A stretch of DNA of 61,774 bases, counting the filler, from Bdellovibrionota bacterium (GTDB lineage Bacteria; Bdellovibrionota; Bdellovibrionia; Bdellovibrionales; JAEYZS01): NCBI GenBank assembly GCA_963169515.1. It is 5 parts of 5 records of this genome, joined end to end, with 100 filler letters (N's around TTAATTAATTAA, not from the genome) between each part and the next. Parts side by side here need not be neighbours in the genome. Positions count along the whole stretch, not along the records: positions 5,202 to 16,320 come from CAUJEF010000135.1; positions 16,421 to 27,400 come from CAUJEF010000136.1; 3 more parts are not named here. One strand, given 5' to 3'. Position 1 is the first letter of the stretch, and each line of letters opens with the position of its first letter. The position numbers were made by a program, and so were the translations under genes. Below, one piece after another: positions 10,488-19,731 of the stretch. A model generated the notes under the pieces. The model worked only from the letters and a program-made list of their open reading frames with translations, ran no database searches and was not told the DNA's origin.

Positions 10488-11123
10488 ATGAAATGCCTCA
10501 TGTTTTTATTTCTGATTGCACCGCTGACAGTGCGGGCCGAACCTATACAGAAGATGCTGAGATCTATGAGCGCTGGATTTGAACTGGGTGGAAGCATAGA
10601 CTTTATGATTTCAGATCAAGAAACCCATGCAAATGGTATGGGGTTGGGCAGTCAGTGGGGAATCTTTGCTGTTACAAACCGAAAAGGTACGGATTGGAAC
10701 TTCAAGCTTCGTTTGGATAGCGTTGGACTTCATGAAGAAGCATGGTCAAATTCTGCAGTAAAAAGCTTAGAGCAAGACTGGTTGATGCTGGGATTCAATG
10801 TCGAAAATAGAACCGATAAAAAAAATTATTTATATTTCTGGGAGGCCGGTATCGGATATGGTATTGGCGGTTCCAGTGAGATCTTTATGTCTACAAGCAC
10901 GGTGGATGCGGCGGTTTCAAAACTAGAGACAGATACAGCATCAAATTTTTTCTTGTCGGGCGGAGTTGGATTCAAGAAAAAATATCAAAATCGCTTTTCT
11001 ATTTTTACCTCTATGAGAACATTCTTTATTTTTGGCAAGCCATATTCGGCAGTGCCGTTTCAAGGTACGTCATTGTATCCAATTCCATTTTTGTTTTCTT
11101 TGGGTGTGGAGTATCAGCTTTAA
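10488..11123 (+). CDS. Outer-membrane beta-barrel protein (OmpA/OmpW-sized)
   Basis: Signal peptide, about 8 beta strands, C-terminal LGVEYQL. Confidence 0.65.
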   Translation: MKCLMFLFLIAPLTVRAEPIQKMLRSMSAGFELGGSIDFMISDQETHANGMGLGSQWGIFAVTNRKGTDWNFKLRLDSVGLHEEAWSNSAVKSLEQDWLMLGFNVENRTDKKNYLYFWEAGIGYGIGGSSEIFMSTSTVDAAVSKLETDTASNFFLSGGVGFKKKYQNRFSIFTSMRTFFIFGKPYSAVPFQGTSLYPIPFLFSLGVEYQL

Positions 11124-12223
11124 AACTGGCCCACATGATTGTTGAAAAAAGGCCAGTTTGAACCAGAAGAACTAAGACATCCTGTCTTTAAACCCCGAAA
11201 ATTTGGCCATCCATGGCCAAACCTGTGGCGCTTGCCACAAATGGCAAGCGTTTTCGAGATTCCTAAGAACAGGGACCCTTTATGCTGTCTTTTCTAAAAG
11301 CACATGATTGTGATAATAAGCATAGAGCTCTATATGATCTTTTAAGCGTTCTATGTTTTTTGTAGTACACCAGGTTTTGCGAAATAACCGATTGATATTC
11401 GCCCGAAGCATTGCAAATGTGTGGTTAAGTGAAAATAACGGATCATAGCCTGCTTTCTTAAGCTCTCCCTGACCTGTAACACATCCTCTTGCCCCTTCGG
11501 TTGTAATATGGATTGCGCCAGAAAACCATTTTCTAATTGCTGGCGGATAGTGTGGGTTTTGATCAGACTCAATGATAGCTACTGGCGACACATACGGTGC
11601 TATTTTTTCAAACAACGCATTCCTTGCAATAGGCCGCTCGTCAGCTCTTGGGCCGTATTTCTTTAGTGCTTTCTTAACCAAAAGCCCCTTTGCAGGCATA
11701 CGGCTAACCTCAAAAGCTAGAATTTTTCTAACCCCTTTCTCTACAGCCATGGTGACAGAGACAGGCTTACACTTTGTATGTTCAATAGTTTCAAGGTCAT
11801 CAAACTGGAACTCGTGAATAGTTTGAGAGGATTTAAGACTCTCAAGGTTTTTCTTTCTAGCGATCTGGGCTAAAAAAATGAGCTTTCTACTGACCGTGGT
11901 TCGGCTGATGCCCAAGATGCGTGCAATACGACGTTGTGAGACTCCAGAGCAGAGCATTTCAAAGATTCTTGGGTTAAGACGTCGCTTTTTCTGACGATAG
12001 CAGCTGTGACTTGTAGCCTCAGAAAAGCTGATTTGGCAGCGGTTACACACAAAGCGTTGGAACCTTTTTTTGTCTGAGTTTCGGACAAAATATCCGGAAT
12101 ACGAACTATCACTGTGGGATCTGCATTGTGGACAATTACGGGTCATGACCCGTAGGAAAAAGCAAGACCTGAGCCATGACTGTTACTTGCTACATATTAA
12201 CAACAACTATGTGGGCCAGTTTT
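11122..12223 (-). mobile_element. IS-like element bounded by 23-bp imperfect inverted repeats
   Basis: AAAACTGGCCCACATGATTGTTG (11122-11144) vs reverse complement of 12201-12223 AAAACTGGCCCACATAGTTGTTG (21/23); encloses a transposase; sits between two convergent stop codons; no clear target-site duplication. Confidence 0.75.
11280..12146 (-). CDS. IS1/IS1595-like transposase (Zn ribbon + HTH + DDE-type domain)
   Basis: CPQC..CNRC, HTH SQRRIARILGISRTTV, QFDDLET, IESD, LNHTFAMLR. Confidence 0.8.
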   Translation of the reverse strand: MTRNCPQCRSHSDSSYSGYFVRNSDKKRFQRFVCNRCQISFSEATSHSCYRQKKRRLNPRIFEMLCSGVSQRRIARILGISRTTVSRKLIFLAQIARKKNLESLKSSQTIHEFQFDDLETIEHTKCKPVSVTMAVEKGVRKILAFEVSRMPAKGLLVKKALKKYGPRADERPIARNALFEKIAPYVSPVAIIESDQNPHYPPAIRKWFSGAIHITTEGARGCVTGQGELKKAGYDPLFSLNHTFAMLRANINRLFRKTWCTTKNIERLKDHIELYAYYHNHVLLEKTA

Positions 12224-12224
12224 C

Positions 12225-12854
12225 TTAGTTTTTCAACTTCTTTGCATTTTTAGCGTCGGCTTGAGCCTTTGAAGATAGCTTTTTCCACTTTTTCACTTCG
12301 TCTTGGTATGTTTTACGTTTATCAGTCCAACTCTTTTTCTCGTCATTTGCTTTTACTTGCTTTTGTTTGATCTCAGATTGGATTTGAGTCACGGAATCCT
12401 TTTGCTCATCCCACTTTTTCTTTTCGCCGTCAATTTCGACTTTTTTCTGATTGTAGGATGCTATATTTTGATTCCGTTTATCTATGTTTTTTTCTACGTC
12501 AGCAATTTTCTTTTTAAGCTCTTCGATCTGAGCCTGTTCTTTCGTGATTTTATCCTGTTCATTTTTAATCAAGCCATCCATACTTATACGTTGTTTTTCA
12601 AGCTTCTGAGAATTCGCTTGAGCATCTTTCACGGTTTGCTCGATAGACTTCTGTTTTTTTGCAAGGTCCACAAGCACGGCCTCAATTTCAGAAATATTAT
12701 TGTCCACAACTTTCAAGTTATCTTCATATTGATCTAAATTTTTCTTTGCATTTTCGGCGTTTTTCTCAAGCTCTTGTATTTGCCCCTCAACGTAGGTTGA
12801 TGCGACAGCGCCCATCCCAATGGTCAGTAATCCGATTATAATTAGCTTTTTCAT
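12225..12854 (-). CDS. Secreted long coiled-coil protein
   Basis: Signal peptide then a continuous K/E/Q-rich heptad pattern. Confidence 0.75.
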   Translation of the reverse strand: MKKLIIIGLLTIGMGAVASTYVEGQIQELEKNAENAKKNLDQYEDNLKVVDNNISEIEAVLVDLAKKQKSIEQTVKDAQANSQKLEKQRISMDGLIKNEQDKITKEQAQIEELKKKIADVEKNIDKRNQNIASYNQKKVEIDGEKKKWDEQKDSVTQIQSEIKQKQVKANDEKKSWTDKRKTYQDEVKKWKKLSSKAQADAKNAKKLKN

Positions 12855-12907
12855 AGTTTTATCCTCTTATAGTCAAAATTAAATCCGCCAAGAGATCTTG
12901 GCGTTCC

Positions 12908-15316
12908 CTAATTCACTTTTGAGTTCGCCGTCACCGCTTGCGGACAATTGTCTTTCAGGCTGCTGCGATAATGACCAATTTCATCGGCCCAAAATTCGCC
13001 GTCAAAACTCCATTTTTGTTTCGTGTCCCTTGGCTCTGCAGAAACTGGCATTCTTCTTGGCTCAGTACTGCCCGCTGCTGAAATGTAACGAATGTTTTCT
13101 CCGCTGCCGGCATAAACCTCATATCTTAAGAATTCATTATTCTCTAATATTTTGGCAAGCTGTTTTTCCGTTTTCGTCAGATGCATTTTCAATCTTTCAC
13201 CTGCCAAATCTTTCAGCCGACTTGTCCACTTTCCTAAACTAATCTTTGAGGCTCCCTCAAATTTTCCAAAATCTCCCAGTGATTGGGCATAAGTTATCTT
13301 TTCAAACTCATAAAAACTTTGCATTTCTCTTTCAAAGTCACGCGAACGCTTCCATTCCTCAACAAACTTCCGGTCATCGACCTTCTTCTTTGCGCCTTCA
13401 ATCCTCATACTCAAATCACTGATACGGGTCTTCACTTGAGCAATTTTTGAATCAACTTTTCGTTGCTCTTTTCGAACTAGATCCTTAATAAATCCATACT
13501 GGACCCCTTGATCAAAGGCATTATTAATTGCCGACTGTAAGTTGACAAAGTCTTTTTGGCGTCCAACTTCCTTAATAATAGTCATCGGTAAACGTCCGTC
13601 AGTTTCTTTTGCTTTTGATTTTAGATTGCCAATGACATAATCATAATACGCCTTGTTCGCCGAATTTGATTTTCGAAAACTTTCCATTGTTGTTAGCCAT
13701 GGCTTGTAAAAATTTTCGAGATACGTAAGACTTCGGTAAGCATCACCATACTGGCAGATATTAATATAACCGATGGTTCGAACAACATAGCTCTCTGGTT
13801 TGTAAATTGCGTTGAAAAATGGCGAATGTAACGAATGCATATTACCAATTGCACCCAACGCGTCTTTTGCAAGAATCTGCATCCAACCTTGTTCAGTCAA
13901 TGCTTGAATCCACATTGGACTATCCTTATCAATGAACTGATAACTTTCGATCGCTCTTTTATAATCTTTTTGACGGTAAGCGATCCGACCCAAGTTTAAT
14001 TTAATCAAAGCTTGGATTGGGGCGTCGACTTTGTATTTTGGAAGAGCTTTTAATATCCTTTCTTGTCGAGCAACGGAATCATTCACCCTATCCAACATAT
14101 ACTCAGCCACAACTGCAAGATACTGTGCTTCTGGGTACTTCGGGCTTTCTTCCTTCACCTTCACAGCGTATGCCAATGAGCTTTCGTATTTCCTTTTCAT
14201 TGATTCTGACAAAGCAATGTAATAAAAGAATCCATTTTTAGCTTTTTCTGTAACAAGAGATTCATCAACGGTTTTAAAGGCAGCTCCAACTTCTTTTACA
14301 TATTCACGCGGAATATCCTTAGAAAGCGTCTCGATGGCTAATGTTGCATACTGTGGAACTCCTTTTTTCATAACAGAAATCAACGCATCAATAGAATCCG
14401 AGAAAAAACCCATTTCATGCAAACAAGCCGCGCGATGATAATCTTTCAGCTGCATTTCCTCTGAAGCCATTTTTTCTGGAAGCGCATTCAAAAGTCCAAC
14501 AGCCAAATGGCATTTCTTTTGGTATTCGGCCAAGATAAGACCTTTGAGCAAATTCATTTGGTCTTCGCTAAATTCTTTAAACGGCACTTCTTGGACTACA
14601 AGCTCAGAGGCCAGCGAGTAATTTATCTTTTGCACAAGCTCAAGATTGATCCCTTCTGGAAGTGCCAGACGAATCGTCTCTAATTTGGCCTGGATCTTGG
14701 CCTTTTCAAACGGTTTCATAACCAGGGCTTGTATTTGTTTGTGTGGATAAACGCCTGGGGAAGGCAGCGCCTTTGTGGGAACCACATCCAATTTAGAAAT
14801 TTGAGGAGATGTTAAAGCCCAATCAGTTCTTGAAACATGGGCTTCTTCGCCAATATCTAACAATGGAATTGTTTTTACAGCGATTCGTTTAATGCCCTTC
14901 TTTGTTTTTACTTCCGATTCCATATTGAAAACAGGAACACCTGATCTTGTTTTTGCCAAAGACGCATCACCTGTGCGTGCGGCTTTAGAAATCGCAAATG
15001 GTTGAGCTGCTTTTACTTGTTGTGCGATCTGTTTCAATTCGGTAACTTCTGGAACTGGTGCTGTGGCTGGCTGCTGTGGAGTAACAGATTGATCGGATGC
15101 CGTATTTTGAACGGCTGCGGGTTCAGAGCTTGGCGTCCGATTGTCCTCTGCCCTCCATTTTTCCCAATACGCCTGGGCCTTCGTTTTGAGCTCGACCCAA
15201 GTCACCTGAGCTTTCGCCTTCCAGCGCGCCCAAATTCCGTCTTCGTGAGCTTCTTGCGCCCAAACGCTGCCGGCACTCAACATTAAAACAGTGACTAGTA
15301 TTAAAAATCTGTTCAT
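12908..15316 (-). CDS. TPR protein, GltC-like (adventurous gliding motility cluster)
   Basis: Signal peptide, TPR helices, GNMHSLHSPFF..PESYVVR, C-terminal WSFDGEFWADEIGHYRSSLKDNC. Confidence 0.7.
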   Translation of the reverse strand: MNRFLILVTVLMLSAGSVWAQEAHEDGIWARWKAKAQVTWVELKTKAQAYWEKWRAEDNRTPSSEPAAVQNTASDQSVTPQQPATAPVPEVTELKQIAQQVKAAQPFAISKAARTGDASLAKTRSGVPVFNMESEVKTKKGIKRIAVKTIPLLDIGEEAHVSRTDWALTSPQISKLDVVPTKALPSPGVYPHKQIQALVMKPFEKAKIQAKLETIRLALPEGINLELVQKINYSLASELVVQEVPFKEFSEDQMNLLKGLILAEYQKKCHLAVGLLNALPEKMASEEMQLKDYHRAACLHEMGFFSDSIDALISVMKKGVPQYATLAIETLSKDIPREYVKEVGAAFKTVDESLVTEKAKNGFFYYIALSESMKRKYESSLAYAVKVKEESPKYPEAQYLAVVAEYMLDRVNDSVARQERILKALPKYKVDAPIQALIKLNLGRIAYRQKDYKRAIESYQFIDKDSPMWIQALTEQGWMQILAKDALGAIGNMHSLHSPFFNAIYKPESYVVRTIGYINICQYGDAYRSLTYLENFYKPWLTTMESFRKSNSANKAYYDYVIGNLKSKAKETDGRLPMTIIKEVGRQKDFVNLQSAINNAFDQGVQYGFIKDLVRKEQRKVDSKIAQVKTRISDLSMRIEGAKKKVDDRKFVEEWKRSRDFEREMQSFYEFEKITYAQSLGDFGKFEGASKISLGKWTSRLKDLAGERLKMHLTKTEKQLAKILENNEFLRYEVYAGSGENIRYISAAGSTEPRRMPVSAEPRDTKQKWSFDGEFWADEIGHYRSSLKDNCPQAVTANSKVN

Positions 15317-15364
15317 AACTTCATCCTTTTATAGTCCATTTTAACCAAGCCAAATCTTTTCCAC

Positions 15365-16222
15365 CTAAAAGAAATATTCCACGCCCACATTGAGCGTTGT
15401 GATAATTCGCGAATTATCCCCAACTTCGAAATCCGAGCCTGGGGTTAATGGATTGTTATTCCAGTTGCGAGTTTCTTCGTTAAAAAATCTATTACGGAAA
15501 TCAAATTTTACAGCGAAATGATCATCAATATAAAAGTGCTGAGCAATGTCGATTCCCACTGTGAAATAGGGATCCGTTAATTTTGGATCATATCTTTGGT
15601 GATATCGTTGCCAGCTCATACCAAGAACTGGGGAAATCGACATATCGAAATAAATAATATGGCTATCCAAAATACTTAATTTTGCGTAAACCGGACTCCA
15701 TATGAATGCAGCGCCCATAAACGAATCCGGCTCATTATGGTTTACGGTTACAGTCGCTTGATTTTCTAATTTTGTAAGAGCCTTCGCACTTTCTGTATCA
15801 AACTTGTTGTACATCAGCTCAACGCCATACTGCTCGGTAAGATAGTAACCCATACCTAAATTATACACATAACCCGTGCTGTTTTCGTCACCGATCAAGC
15901 TGCCTGCACCGCCCGAAACGTAAAAACGTTTTTCTTTGGTGTATCGACGATTTTGGACAACTTTGAATTCTGTATCCTTTGAAGACCAATATTGCTGTTC
16001 AATTTCTTTGATGTCGACCTTTTCATCCTTTGCAGGCGCTGTGGCAGTTCCCGATTTAGGAGCTGCAACGGGAGCTCCTGACGAAACGGCAGAGCCACTC
16101 GCAGTTGATTTCTTTGGGCGCTTATATTGGTTAGACTGTCCCAATGAATATTGCGAAAATACTAAGATGCACGCAAATGCAAAGCTTGCGCGAAGAGCAG
16201 AGCTCTTTAAAAATGTTGTCAT
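15365..16222 (-). CDS. Outer-membrane beta-barrel protein, GltA/GltB-like (gliding motility)
   Basis: VVQNRRYTK motif, WSPVYAKL..IIYFD, C-terminal VGVEYFF; upstream of the GltC-like gene. Confidence 0.75.
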   Translation of the reverse strand: MTTFLKSSALRASFAFACILVFSQYSLGQSNQYKRPKKSTASGSAVSSGAPVAAPKSGTATAPAKDEKVDIKEIEQQYWSSKDTEFKVVQNRRYTKEKRFYVSGGAGSLIGDENSTGYVYNLGMGYYLTEQYGVELMYNKFDTESAKALTKLENQATVTVNHNEPDSFMGAAFIWSPVYAKLSILDSHIIYFDMSISPVLGMSWQRYHQRYDPKLTDPYFTVGIDIAQHFYIDDHFAVKFDFRNRFFNEETRNWNNNPLTPGSDFEVGDNSRIITTLNVGVEYFF

Positions 16223-16320
16223 GGGGCCTCCTTCGGCTCAAGCCGAACTCTAAAGGATGGGGGCTACTGAGTGCTCTTAAATAAGAACGGGTATGTCACC
16301 AGTACGGAAGTCCCCGACGG

Positions 16321-16420
16321 NNNNNNNNNNNNNNNNNNNNNNNNNNNNNNNNNNNNNNNNNNNNTTAATTAATTAANNNNNNNNNNNNNNNNNNNNNNNN
16401 NNNNNNNNNNNNNNNNNNNN
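16321..16420. other. Artificial contig-joining spacer
   Basis: N run, TTAATTAATTAA, N run. Confidence 0.98.
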
Positions 16421-16890
16421 GATTCGGTCCAAGGGGGGGCACTTGATTTTAAAGGCGAAACGCTTACGTAAGAGTTGTTCGGAGCTGATAAAAATAAATC
16501 CAAATCAGCTCTAAGCACTTCAATTTGGGTTGCACAAATTTCTCCGCTATTTAACATATCCGATGTTAGCCCTGAGACATTAAATGAGATTAATCCGTAA
16601 CTCCTCTGTGTTGGGGATGCCCCGGTATCAATCGCGGATCCGGCACCGGTAGCTGTCGGCGCCGAACCAACCACACCTAAACTTGTCCAATCGCTAGCGT
16701 CTTTGTAGACGGTGGTATCACGTGTTCCTGAATAGTTTTGGTAGCCATCACGCAGAACAACAACCTTGTCCGTTAATACAGAGGTTTGAATTGTGGCGTT
16801 TGGTCCTCCAGACGAATCAGTGCATGAAAAGTTAAAAAAGGTAATACTAATTGCGGCGACTGCCGTGGCGTAACTTACAAACTTGCCCAC
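16421..16890 (-). CDS. Lipoprotein with DNRLRE-like domain, truncated
   Basis: Lipobox-like NFSC; LRDGYQNYSGTRDT, GLISFNVS, ADLDL and WTE motifs. Confidence 0.6.
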
Positions 16891-17106
16891 GAACCTACCC
16901 CCTAATATTAGGAAAACCCAACACAAAAAATTGGGTAAATTTCAAAGATATAAAAAGTATCTTAAACATACTTGATTTCAAGACCTATCACGGAGAAGAA
17001 TAACTGCGTCATTTCCCCTTTACGCTAAAATCCTTAAAATTGTTGCATATGCTTATCTTAAGATGGTACCTCAACAGATACGTTTAGAAAAAAAAGGGGG
17101 GCCGGG

Positions 17107-17547
17107 ATGTCTAAATTTTTTTATTTTGTTTTAGCCTTAAATATTTATGCTTTCAACGCTTCTGCTGAGGAGCTATCTAGCAGCTGTCGTGGCACAGTAT
17201 TTCTTACCGCAAACTATGTAAATGGGTACTGCTCTGGCGACAATTGCAGCGGAAGCCTGCCCACTCAATTCATCCACGTCAACGGCACATGTTCTGATGG
17301 CAAATCGTTTTCAGCAAATGGATCTGTTCCATCCCAACACGTAAGTAGCTTTTGCAGTATGGGATCCTTTTCCTCATCTGTTTTTGTCTTTCCAGTTCAT
17401 TTGAATGGAAATTGCTCCGGCGGTGCAATGTTCCGAGGCTCAACCGACAGCACCACATTCTTTGTGCGCGGCACATGCAATACAAACGCATCTTTAAATG
17501 CCAGCACAGATGGGGGTACACTTTTTGTTACTGGCAATTGCAATTAG
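17107..17547 (+). CDS. Secreted Cys/Gly/Ser-rich repeat protein
   Basis: Signal peptide, then about six 19-23 aa repeats centred on VxGxC. Confidence 0.75.
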   Translation: MSKFFYFVLALNIYAFNASAEELSSSCRGTVFLTANYVNGYCSGDNCSGSLPTQFIHVNGTCSDGKSFSANGSVPSQHVSSFCSMGSFSSSVFVFPVHLNGNCSGGAMFRGSTDSTTFFVRGTCNTNASLNASTDGGTLFVTGNCN

Positions 17548-17577
17548 TTCCTCAATTCCAATACAAGGTTAATCTTC

Positions 17578-17892
17578 ATGTCCGAATTTAAACAACGCCG
17601 TGTCGCTCGCATCAGACCAGAACGCTCCGATACGGCATTTCTTTGTTTTAAACCCAACGATCTTCCTGCACTTATTCTCGACATATCAGAGCTTGGGTGC
17701 TGCCTTGCTTTAGTTGGAACCGTCCATGAATTTGAATTACAACAAAATATCGAGATCAAACTTTCAAGGACAGGTCCTAAGCATTCTGAAATCCGATGGA
17801 TGGAAAAAATTGACGACAGTATGTTCAAAATGGGGGTCGAATTTTCACCAGCAGAAGAATTGCCACTTATTCACCCAACCGCCCGCAAGTAA
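17578..17892 (+). CDS. PilZ domain protein
   Basis: RRVAR (RxxxR) and DISELG (DxSxxG) c-di-GMP motifs, GVEF. Confidence 0.85.
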   Translation: MSEFKQRRVARIRPERSDTAFLCFKPNDLPALILDISELGCCLALVGTVHEFELQQNIEIKLSRTGPKHSEIRWMEKIDDSMFKMGVEFSPAEELPLIHPTARK

Positions 17893-17902
17893 TTTAAATA
17901 CT

Positions 17903-18100
17903 TTAAGATATCACTTTAACATTAGCGGCTTGTGGGCCTTTTTTGCCTTGGGTGACTTCAAACTGAACTTTGTCGCCATCTTTTAGCTGAGCGCCGCCTA
18001 TGTCATTGGCATGAACGAACACGTCTTTGCTGCCATCGTCTGGCGTAATAAATCCGAAACCTTTGCCTGCATTGAAAAACTTAACTGTACCTGTCTGCAT
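17903..18100 (-). CDS. cspA: Cold-shock protein
   Basis: [37 protein letters not shown]. Confidence 0.93.
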   Translation of the reverse strand: MQTGTVKFFNAGKGFGFITPDDGSKDVFVHANDIGGAQLKDGDKVQFEVTQGKKGPQAANVKVIS

Positions 18101-18184
18101 ATTCTCTCTCTTTTTATTCAATGGCCCCATGCCATGAAGTCAACATTAACTATGACCTGTTATTTCCAAGAAGTTAACAAAAAT

Positions 18185-19582
18185 TCATCGTCGATTTCGA
18201 GAATCTTGCTTCCACTTGCCACGACGGTTCCTGCGAGCCTGCGAATCCGCCGCAACGTGGGCTTGCAATGGCTTGCCCCGTTCTTGATTTTCAAAAATTT
18301 CTGGTGACATGACGCCTAAAAAGCGGCCTACAATTTCTTCGGCCTTCATTTGAGCAATGACGTTTTTCCATTCAGGGGTTAGAAGCTCTATTGCACGAGC
18401 ATAATTCTTCTGCGCTTGAAATGGTGTCAGCATTTTAGCGACTTTCTTAATCCCGATCTCTTTACGTGTCGGGACAATCCCCTCTTCCATACGGGTTTTT
18501 GTGTGTCGCTCAATCCGAGCGACTAGATCACGATGGCTGGGGGTTACTAAGCTGATCGCCGTTCCCGTCTTACCGCTGCGAGCAGTTCGACCAATGCGGT
18601 GTACATAAACCTCTAACTCTCGCGGAAGCGAATAATTGATCACGTGGGTGATGTCTTTCACATCAAGTCCACGTGAAGCAACATCCGTGCAAACTAATAT
18701 GGAAACCCGTCTATCACGGAAGGCTTGAACCGTTCTCTCTCGATCTTTTTGCGTCTTATCCCCGTGCAGAGAATCCACTCGGTACCCACGGTTAGAAAGG
18801 TATTGGGTAAGATCCATTACAAGATTTTTTGTCTGACAAAATATTAGACCATAGAAATTATCGGCGGCTTCAATTATTTTACACAAAATCTCAGGCTTAT
18901 CAGATTCACGCGTCCGATAGAAAACTTGCTCAACAGTTGTTGAAAGCATTTCAGTTCGATTCACCTGCACAAATTTAGGCTGAAACAGGTAATTATCGGC
19001 CACACGTCGAACGTCTTTGTTCATGGTCGCAGAGAATAGCCACGTCTGGCAACTTTCTCCGGTTGCGGCCTGCAAGATTGTTTCAAGATCATCTTTGAAG
19101 CCCATCGAAATCATTTCATCGGCCTCATCCAGTATGATTGTTTTTACTTTTGAAATATCCAGTATCCCACGTTCCAGATGATCAATCACGCGTCCTGGTG
19201 TACCCACAACAACCTGGCTCCCGGATCGTAATCCATTGATTTGTTCGCGGTAACTTGCCCCACCATAAATCGACAAGGCGTTCACATTTTTATATTTACC
19301 CAACAAATTAATTTGCCCCGTCACCTGAAGAGCCAATTCCCGAGTCGGACAAAGAATAAGCACCTGAACCTGCTTTTTACCCGGCTCGATTTGCTCTAAC
19401 AGCGGAATCCCAAACGCTGCTGTTTTTCCCGTGCCCGTCGCAGCTAAGCCTATAAAGTCCGTTGGTTCGGCTAAAAGAATCGGTAAAGCTTGAACCTGTA
19501 TCGGGCTTGGCGATTCATAACCCAAATCTTTAATGGCGCGCGCCAATTCCGGCGATAAATTTAATTCTTCAAAGGACCTCAT
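18185..19582 (-). CDS. DEAD-box RNA helicase (DeaD/CshA-like)
   Basis: Q motif, TGTGKT, PTRELA, DEAD, SAT, HRIGRTAR. Confidence 0.95.
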   Translation of the reverse strand: MRSFEELNLSPELARAIKDLGYESPSPIQVQALPILLAEPTDFIGLAATGTGKTAAFGIPLLEQIEPGKKQVQVLILCPTRELALQVTGQINLLGKYKNVNALSIYGGASYREQINGLRSGSQVVVGTPGRVIDHLERGILDISKVKTIILDEADEMISMGFKDDLETILQAATGESCQTWLFSATMNKDVRRVADNYLFQPKFVQVNRTEMLSTTVEQVFYRTRESDKPEILCKIIEAADNFYGLIFCQTKNLVMDLTQYLSNRGYRVDSLHGDKTQKDRERTVQAFRDRRVSILVCTDVASRGLDVKDITHVINYSLPRELEVYVHRIGRTARSGKTGTAISLVTPSHRDLVARIERHTKTRMEEGIVPTRKEIGIKKVAKMLTPFQAQKNYARAIELLTPEWKNVIAQMKAEEIVGRFLGVMSPEIFENQERGKPLQAHVAADSQARRNRRGKWKQDSRNRR

Positions 19583-19731
19583 TTGGACTCCACTCTAGAG
19601 ATTATGTGAGCGGACCGTAACACGGAGCGCTAAAAAGTACTACTGCTTTTTACTTAAAATTGGTGCTCTAGAAATGTTTCAAGAAATGCCGTATCTAGCT
19701 TAATTTACAGACAAACTTCACCCAAAGGGTC

